From NCBI GenBank assembly GCA_051294375.1, contig CM119264.1, forward strand, positions 14,348,682-14,412,681: a DNA stretch of 64,000 bases, read 5' to 3'. The stretch comes from Paraspadella gotoi (lineage: Eukaryota; Animalia; Chaetognatha). Made by a program: the position numbers and the translations under genes. Below, one piece after another: positions 55,076 to 64,000 of this stretch (positions are counted from its first letter, which is position 1; each line of letters begins with the position of its first letter). The notes under the pieces are model-generated. The model was not told where the DNA came from. It did not search any database and was given only the letters and a program-made list of their open reading frames with translations.

Positions 55076-58000
55076 AAAGAAATGTATTTCATTGTTATAG
55101 ACTTCAATTTTTGCAGGTGATTTGTGTTTCTCGAAAGTCAGATATGATAATGCCGTGATAGAGAAAGGTGTGCATGTTTCTTGCGTGTGACGGATAGGAA
55201 ATGAATTTCGGGGCGACGCTGACCGTAAATCACGACGATCGTTGAAACAATTATACAGATACGTCTCGCTGCAGCACCACTAATCATCGGACGACGCCAT
55301 CGTGCCGAGGATGCTGCCAAAAGCGGAAGCTGGCGAGTGATTCACGGGACGGAGGAAAAATGGTAAGTGGAAGAGATGGGGTGGGGGAATGGTAAGTTTT
55401 GGGCTTATGTTTAATAAAGAGATAATATAAGGTAGAGATAACAGGCAGGAAATCGGATATAGTGAAGATGAGACAGCTCTGCCCTAGAGATTCATCATTA
55501 CGACTCTAAATTCGCTAACCGTGGGTCTCGAGTAGGCGTTATCACTAAATAGCAGAGCACCGCCGCATACAAAAATAGTATACACTACACACAGCATTCC
55601 TATTTCCAATTACCACACACGGTGCTCTCACTGATGGCGGGCATAAAAATATAACATGCATAAACACCCCATGGAGTCGATTTCTAATCAGCTTGACGTA
55701 ATTGTTAAGTTTTTTTAAAGAGAGTACTGCATGGTCTCTCTCTCAGAATGTCTTAATTTCTCATTTGTCTCTTTCAGATTAAAATTGTTACGAAATTGAC
55801 GTTAGCAGAAAGTTCTAACAACTATTACTCGATCTATGAACATATGCATAATTCCTCGAAGTTGCTAGGTGCACGGTTACAAAGTTACTCTTCTCTCACA
55901 TTTAATAAACTCTCATACAAATAAATTATTGCGACAATCCTCTTTTGACGTAAATAGATCTTCACCATAATAAACCGTGCTCGTGAGAATCGTTATAATT
56001 TGATCCTATCATCTCTCTGAACAAGATCTCAAGAACATAATCACCTGTGATGAGTATGTGAGACGTATTCTCCTCGTATCCAGACTGAAGGTATGATATA
56101 CTTCGACATCCTTCCCCTTCCTATTCTATCATATTGCGGAGCACAATCAGTCACTTCCGTCTTCGCGGCAGACAAAAACGTTCGTTGAAACCTCTCCAAG
56201 TCATCCTGCTGAACTATTATAAGGACAGAGAGAGGCGGAGCGGCCGATTATGGCGACCGGCGGTTTTCTTTGGTATTGTAGTGTAAAGCGCCTGCGATCG
56301 GTGACCGAATGGGAAATGGTGACCACCAAACTGGGAAGCGTTGACTCGAAGAGAGTGGGCAGGACAGCGACGGCGTGTTGTCAAATTTTGGCTCCCGCAA
56401 TATGTGAGGCGCCTTCTCGCTGAGAAAGTCTCAACCGGAAATTGAAGCGGACAGCGTTATTCTGAGGAGGAAAGAGAGGCGGCGGCATAGCGGCATCTCG
56501 GTGACGGCGAGGGGGCGGGAGAAAGGCTTAACGGCTGGAGAAAATTAATAGGCGCGCGAAAAGCTTTCACCGTGCGCGCACATTTCGCTTCTCCTCGCGA
56601 ATATCTTTCACTTTCTTCCGAGATGAATCTAATCAAAGAGGGGGAATATAAAAGAGTGTGGTGTTGAGAAGAAAGAGAAGAAGGCCAAAAAGAAGATGGA
56701 AGGAATCGGGAATGGATGGGAAGGGATTAGAAGACGAGAATGGAGATGAAAAATTGAGAAATTGTAGGACAGAGTGAAGATTTAAAGGGAAAAGGTTAAG
56801 GATCGGAAATAAGAAATTATCTTTTCCCAGAGAAATATGAGATCATTAAGTATTGGAGAAAGAGAGTGACACCATCAAAGTCGAATGTTAGAAGGAAACG
56901 GTGAATAATAAGATTGCACGAGAAAGAAAAAAATTGAAAAGAATATTGTGAGGAAGTATAAACGAGGCTGAGACAGTAAGACACATGCTGAGAAGAGAGA
57001 GAGCGACCGAGACGTAAGAGAGGAGAGAGAGATGCAAGAGAGAGAGAGAGAGCAGAGAGAGACGAGAGGAAGAGAGACGAGGACGACGCACTGCGAGATG
57101 AGAGAGAGACGAGAGCACGGATTTCTTGTGAATAGTTAGAAAAGGAATGAAAATGAGGGTGTGAATGCGACAACGACGACGACGACGGACAACGACGACG
57201 ACTCGGCGGTGCTGTGAACCATTTCGAGAAGAAACGTCCCAGTTTTGATGACTGCGGAAGAAATATTAAAGATTATGGAAAGGAGAGGAAAGGAAAGGAA
57301 GAGGGAAAGGAAAAGGAGAATGAGGAAGGAGAAAAAAAAATGGGGGCACGCGCGCGAAAAAAGGGAGCGGGGGAAGAGAGATTTTTAAAATAGGCGGAGA
57401 AAGTAGGGAAACGTGTAAGGGAGGTAAAGGGGGAGACGCGAGAGAGAGGAGAGCGCTGGGGGGAGACGACGAGAGAGGAGAGAAAGAAAGAGAGAGAAGA
57501 GACCAGAGAAGAGAGAAAAAAAGCGTACCGGAGAGAGAGAGAGAGTAGAGAGTGAGCGGTATAGATAAGTAAAGATGAATCGAAATGAGGAAGCTGGAGG
57601 GTAAGTTGGGAGCAGATAATGCAAACGGCAAAAGGTGCGGAAAACAATGAAAACGATTGGTTTAACTGGGAAAAGACAATTCAATGGGTCTCTGAAACAG
57701 TCATATCGATGAAGGAAAATGTGTAGGGCCATCATCCGCACCCTCCCCCCCCAAATAATTAAAAAAGATAAAAACATTAAATAAATATAATTCAAAATGA
57801 CTCATCTGACTTTATATAATATTATGATACAAGTATGAATGAAAAAAAATAATTTTTGAACGTAATCGTAATTCTGGGAAAAAATGAAAAAAACCGGTAG
57901 GGCTGCTAGGGATCTCTTATAGCAAACGAACGGCATAGAATACCGTGATACAGTGCCAAAGCAGGCGGCTCCATGGAAATTGAGTCGCGCTTCCTTGTCC

Positions 58001-59295
58001 ATGTCCTCGGATCCAATATCTCGAGACACAGTCATCGGACGCGCGCAAGATGGTTCGAACTCGATTCCCCAGATCAGTCCCCTCACCCCCCAAAGAGCAA
58101 AATCTCATTGCAAACGAAATTCATCGGGGTTTTCCAGATAAAACGAGATGGGTTTTATAAGTCCCCGACGAATAATAATTTGGAGTTTTTAAAATATAAG
58201 AGCGCACGACGACGCATGAGAAGATAATGTAAGCTCGTAGAGGTTACGATTTCGTTTATCGCATTCTCGATATATAGATACACGTGAACGTCGTTGGACG
58301 TTTTTTATTTTTTTTAGCATGTTGATTTTTGTCGGCAGCGTTGGTAAGTCGGAAGGTCATGCCTTCTGGTCTCGACTTCTTACTTTCCTTAGCTCCAGTT
58401 TTTTTTCCTTACTTTAATGAAAACTAATCCCTCCGCTAACCCTCTTCTTAATTAAAATATGGCGGCGACGTCTTACTTTGTCTCTGTATCTTCCTCAGGG
58501 TTCTGATTGTCATGTTTACAGTCTGCGTCAAATAAAAACGGTAAAATGTCTCTGTTAAAATATCAGTTAAAAATAAAGTTAACAACATCGTATGTGGTTT
58601 CCTCGAATATTAACAACACAATTTGGAAAACGGAGAAGGATAAAAAAGCTTGAAAACCTCGACTACGCTTTGAAACAATAATTCGTGCAACCGTATTCTC
58701 TCCCTCTCTCTTTCTCCATCTCTCTCTCTCTCTCTCTCTGTCTTCTCGTTGTTTGAAACTAATTGCGCTAAGATTCTACTCATTCTCTCTCTCTCTCTCT
58801 CTCTTCACTGCATCTCTCTTCTCTCTCCTCCTTCTCTCTCTCTCTCGTCGGTCTTCTCTTCTCTCTCTCTCTCTCTCTCTCATCTATCTTCTCTATCTCT
58901 TCTCATTCAAGATTGGCATATGCAAACGTCCTGTATTTGACGCACACGAGTCTTGCCTCCGATTGGTTATGTACAACGTTGCAAACCTAATCAGAGACTA
59001 AAATTTTATATTTTACTAGTTAAAATTCATTTCTAACATTAAAATTCTTTTGTGGCAAATATAAAAATGATTTCCCAGAAACATGTTGACATATCAAGCT
59101 TAAATGGAGACCCAGTTTTAAACAATTTTTTTAAAACAGTGAAAAAAAAAAAAGGGAATAATATTTTTGTTTGATTTTCCCGTGTCTGCTTTTCTATTTC
59201 GGTTGTTCTCAACGAGAACATTTGACAGCGGTAAAACGCTGTGTGTTCCGTCTAGCACGGATGGTACGGACGGCACGGAAAAGAGAAGCAACGAT

Positions 59296-59494
59296 ATGAA
59301 AGTGATTTTGTTATTTGGCGTCCCGTTTCTTACTCTCTTGCGGCCGACTACGCGTTGCGACTGGGGGTCACTCGACCACCATTCTACGGGATCACGTGTG
59401 CGGGTGAAACCTGTGCAAACTACGAGAGTGAGTAACAGAAGTCGCGCTTGGAATGGAGCCGACCGCTGTCGCTCTTTCACCATTCGTAGCATCG
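59296..59494 (+). CDS. Possible first coding exon of a secreted protein
   Basis: MKVILLFGVPFLTLLRPTTRC looks like a signal peptide. The frame is open to a canonical phase-1 donor G|GTGAGT at 59495 and the region is locally GC-rich. No downstream exon was found (gaps follow). Confidence 0.3.
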
Positions 59495-59621
59495 GTGAGT
59501 CGTACGATTGCATAGTAAAATGCTAGCCTAAAAAATTGTCTTTATACGTAAAATATGTCTGTAACATAATCTTGGATTAATTTGTGAAATTATTTTNNNN
59601 NNNNNNNNNNNNNNNNNNNNN

Positions 59622-59655
<34 letters not shown>

Positions 59656-62032
59656 TGATTTGCTTGTATGGACGTATTTTTAGACGACATAAATAGAAAC
59701 ATTTGTACTTGAAGGATTTAGCAAAACAACAAATATTATACGAAATACGCTGCATTTACTTTATGAAGAACTGACCATAGTGATGTGAGTAGGTAAGAAT
59801 AAAGAATGCAGAAAAAGCATTTGCTGATAAAAGTATCAGTCTGCCAAGTATGAATTAAAATGACTCAATTTTTAATCAGATCATCCCCTTTTTAGGTGAT
59901 CATGTTACTGCAAAAGTATGATACGTAAATTAAAGATATCATGGTACCTTACATTTGTACCACCGATGGACAGAGAGACAGATCGACCGAAATGTGAATG
60001 ATAGATTAATGGGGTTATTGTAAATAAGGTTCAATTTAAGAAATTGGCATCTATGTATAATACAATTAAGCCTGGTAATTAGATAAGTTNNNNNNNNNNN
60101 NNNNNNNNNNNNNNNNNNNNNNNNNNNNNNNNNNNNNNNNNNNNNNNNNNNNNNNNNNNNNNNNNNNNNNNNNNNNNNNNNNNNNNNNNNNNNNNNNNNN
60201 NNNNNNNNNNNNNNNNNNNNNNNNNNNNNNNNNNNNNNNNNNNNNNNNNNNNNNNNNNNNNNNNNNNNNNNNNNNNNNNNNNNNNNNNNNNNNNNNNNNN
60301 NNNNNNNNNNNNNNNNNNNNNNNNNNNNNNNNNNNNNNNNNNNNNNNNNNNNNNNNNNNNNNNNNNNNNNNNNCGTTAACGCCAAGTGACGGAACCGTGG
60401 GGAAAATAATCGAGATGATGATTTCAACCTCGATATCGGGTCATTACAGAATAATTTTAAAAAATATTTGTTTGTGTTTCTTTGAAGGTGATGATGTTTT
60501 GTGCAAGTGATNNNNNNNNNNNNNNNNNNNNNNNNNNNNNNNNNNNNNNNNNNNNNNNNNNNNNNNNNNNNNNNNNNNNNNNNNNNNNNNNNNNNNNNNN
60601 NNNNNNNNNNNNNNNNNNNNNNNNNNNNNNNNNNNNNNNNNNNNNNNNNNNNNNNNNNNNNNNNNNNNNNNNNNNNNNNNNNNNNNNNNNNNNNNNNNNN
60701 NNNAAGAGATGTTTCTATGACAAAGAGGTGTTTCTTTGAAGGTGATGATGTTTTGTGCTGGTGACTGTGTTTCTGAGGGAGATGTTTCTATGACAAAGAG
60801 GTGTTTCTTAAAGGTGATGATGTTTTGTGCTGGTGATTGTGTTTCTCAGGGAGATGTTTCTGTGAAAAAGATGTATATCTTTGAAGGAGATGATGTCTTG
60901 TGCAGGTTATTGTGTTTCTGAAGGCGATGTTTTTGTATCCCTTTCATTTCCTGCCTATTCAAGAATTATGAGCACAATGAAATTCCAACTTCTTGTTTCC
61001 TCCTCTACTTCTTTTTCTTTACTTTTTTCCTCCCCCCCATCTTCTCTGCTCTCTCTCTTTTCCTTTTACGATCTTCATTTCCTTTCTCCTTAATGGTCGA
61101 GAAAACATCTCCATCGAAAACCATTCGATTACCACTCTGACATTTCTCGTATCGTTTTATTGCGATTTCTCGTCACTTCTTTCCCTCCGTCTCTTGTTGT
61201 TGTTGTTTTTGGTTGTTGTTTTGTTGTTGTTGTTGTTGTCTTCCGGTCGTGGATATAATCGTCTCAAAGCCATCAAAGTTCAACTTGTTATCGTTACTGT
61301 TGTGTTTTTTTTTTGGTAAAAAGATATCTTAACTTTAACTGTATATATGGACGCAGCAAAAATGATTATATATTCGTTTGGTCTATAGCCTGGATTTGTG
61401 TAACAGCCTCGAACGCATGACTTCTGTGCCCGGCTGTCGCGACATTCAGTCGCCGACAAACATCGTCTTTCCAGTCGTCGTCGTTGTCGTCTTCACCATC
61501 GTCGTCGTCTCGTCGATGAGAGTCAACGGCTTCTGTTTTGGTTTCGTGATTTTAAAACGGTCCCTCGTGACATTTAGTTATATATACATTTATTTTATTT
61601 CTCCGGGAAGAACAACCAAAAAAAAAGCCGGAAAATCCTCTCCCCCAACGAACCCAAATATCTTTGTACTATGTGTCATTTCTTTTTGTTATCACCAATC
61701 TGTCACTTGGACTTGACAACAAGACGTTCAAGAAAAACACAGGACACTCGAAATTAATGTTCTCTTTTTCCCATTTTTTTTTGCGTGACGCAAAGGTTTA
61801 TTTTGCTCAAGGTTGAAAAAGGCGTTTTAACGGTTTAGTGCGGCATACTTTTGAGGGCGGCCCTTGGCTGTTACCTCTTCGTAACAAAACTAAGATTCCA
61901 TCTCGAAAGAAGAGAGAGAATTTACTGGTTTTAAAAAATTGACAACTCCTATTTGTCTTCCGTGTAGTGGCATCAACGATGAAAAAAAGGTTTGCTGCTA
62001 CTGCATCTCTCTCTCTCTTCTCTCTCTCGTCT

Positions 62033-62098
<66 letters not shown>

Positions 62099-62629
62099 AT
62101 CTCTCTCTCTCTCTTCCCTTTCTTTTTTTCATCTTATGCCGAAGAGGTATACGTGATTTCCCTAAAGCGTAATGCTTAATGGTTTTTGTTTAAGACCATT
62201 ATCTTCTCTAGCGACTCCTGACGGATAGGAAGGACCGTGGATCCAGAAAGCGTGAATCCTTCAATCCGTCGATCAATCCATTTCATCATTTCCCTATTAA
62301 ATTTATTCCAGGAGATCAAAAGTGTTTCTTTCTGTCAACATTCGCCTTTTTATCTCTTATTCGGCTTCAATATCAAGGCATAAATGAATCGGGCCTCTCA
62401 TCCTCCCACGAAGCTTAAGATGCCGTAATGCCGTGATGGCCCTCAACCTCTCAAAAGCTCGTTCTTGTTTCCACCTCCTTCCGCCTCTAATATTCTCAGA
62501 GTAAAGAAAATGTTTTCCCCTAAAAAGGGTTTTGTTTTCAAAAGTGCGTTAAAGAGATGTGGGCGAAACTGACCGTCAGAGTCTCGGTGGGTGGGAATGA
62601 AGAGAGAGAGAAGAAGAAGGAGAGAGAGC

Positions 62630-62665
<36 letters not shown>

Positions 62666-64000
62666 AGCGAGAGGAGAAGAGAGAGTGAAAACGGTTAGTA
62701 AATAACTCTGGTTAAACAATATAATTGTATATGGTTAGTACCGTGATCGTTATTATTCGCCTCAGCTAGAAAAATGCCCTACATGAAGAATGAAGATGCC
62801 GATGTCCAATAACGAGAAGAATGTAATATCAATGATGAGTAGGTAAAGACCTTCAAAGTAGTAAAATTATTAGTAACAATAAATTTATCATATTTCATGT
62901 CAGTTCATATTGTGGGCCATAATCCGGGGAGTGTAAGAAAAATTATGTTCTTTATTGTATTTTACTTCAAAGGTGGGCGAAACCTGGCGTCCATCAAACG
63001 GGTACTAATTATCTAACCCTTGACAACGACTAACAAATGATCAGTGTTTACGTTACGACGCCAAAGTCTCCCGCTCGTACGACCTCCCTTTATATATATG
63101 TTAAAAAAGTTAAGGGCAAACCCTATCAGTATCAGTCAACGCCTTCTCTTTATATTTTTTATTCTTTCGGCGAAAAATTAAAAAATCAAGAACGAAAATT
63201 TCAATGTGTGTTTCTTATCAAGTCTATTTCCGTGTAATCTTACACCGCGCTGCATTGTTTCGTCTTGTATCTTTATAGCTTCTTTAAAAACAAAAGGTAG
63301 CGCTAGCAGTCACTTAGAGGTTCTATCCTGACTTAACAAATGACTTTTACGACCGAAAAGTGACTTATAGAGTTGCTCCGCGAGTATCGCAGTGCAACAA
63401 AAAAAAAGAGGTTAGAAAAAAGGACTGAATATTATAACCAAATGATGTGATTCAAGCTATACGTAAGTAGAGAAGCTAAACTCATTATCCGTGCATAATT
63501 AATACCATGCTTCACCCCCAAAAAACCATGAGTCACCATAATTATACATGTATAATCACTTCAGCTGAATTACGTTTAATCAATTTCATCAATTCTCGAT
63601 TCATCAACTCCTATGGTGAGGTTTTATCCTCACACATATTCCATTCTGTCTTTGCTCAAGTCAGCGTGAGAATTTCCCTCCGAACGCCACCCGATTTTCA
63701 CCTCGATCCGCGTCCTCTTTCTCCTTTTCCCAACCATTCGTCTAATCTGTTCGCATTCAAAATTTTTAGGAACATAAACCCGAGGGTTTTGAAACAAAAA
63801 AGACAAATCGCTCCCTGTTTCGCCGCCGCGACGCGACCACGAAGACGATAACCAAAACACGACGACGACGACGACGACGATGACGACGACGACGGACGCG
63901 ACGATGAGAACTAATAATACATCATGACACTGCGATCCTCACTATTCGATCTTGAGTTTATTCCATGATAATTGGCAACTTATGTAATAAGAAAGTTTGC

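Noticed and set aside
55140-56650. Compositionally odd stretch as possible foreign or horizontally transferred DNA
   Set aside because: It has no long ORF or recognisable motif, and it adjoins noisy duplicated sequence, so it is consistent with unpolished single-read sequence.
60704-60935. 72-bp, 54-bp and 18-bp repeat arrays as possible CRISPR arrays
   Set aside because: These are head-to-tail repeats with no unique spacers, no cas genes are present, and the context is eukaryotic.

Overview
AT-rich, microsatellite-dense, intron-containing DNA from an animal (invertebrate-like) draft assembly, with many N gaps and homopolymer/indel errors. Most ORFs in the supplied track are (AG)n/(GAC)n or N artefacts. 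Manual splicing gives four genes. (1) A 5' gene fragment present three times (1-3501 minus, 6461-10429 plus, 11614-13627 minus), in which a protein phosphatase 1 inhibitor-2 (PPP1R2)-like segment appears to be spliced in frame to a CFAP251/WDR66-like WD40 axonemal protein. (2) The last two exons of a membrane protein (25094-26265). (3) A complete 5-exon class A GPCR with an unusual ~110-aa Gln-rich first intracellular loop carrying five RKxS motifs (43493-45426, minus). (4) A complete 5-exon secreted protein with a pacifastin/VWC-like module and a C-type lectin domain (47755-49178). A 1.9-kb non-autonomous hAT-type transposon (17-bp TIRs, 8-bp TSD; 14074-15991) lies just upstream of gene 1. 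It contains a ~600-bp hairpin that is the centre of a >=10-kb palindrome (1-9922). The four large duplications in the window each lie next to or span an exact 25-N gap, so they are probably assembly or gap-filling artefacts. Homology calls come from recalled motifs, not database searches.
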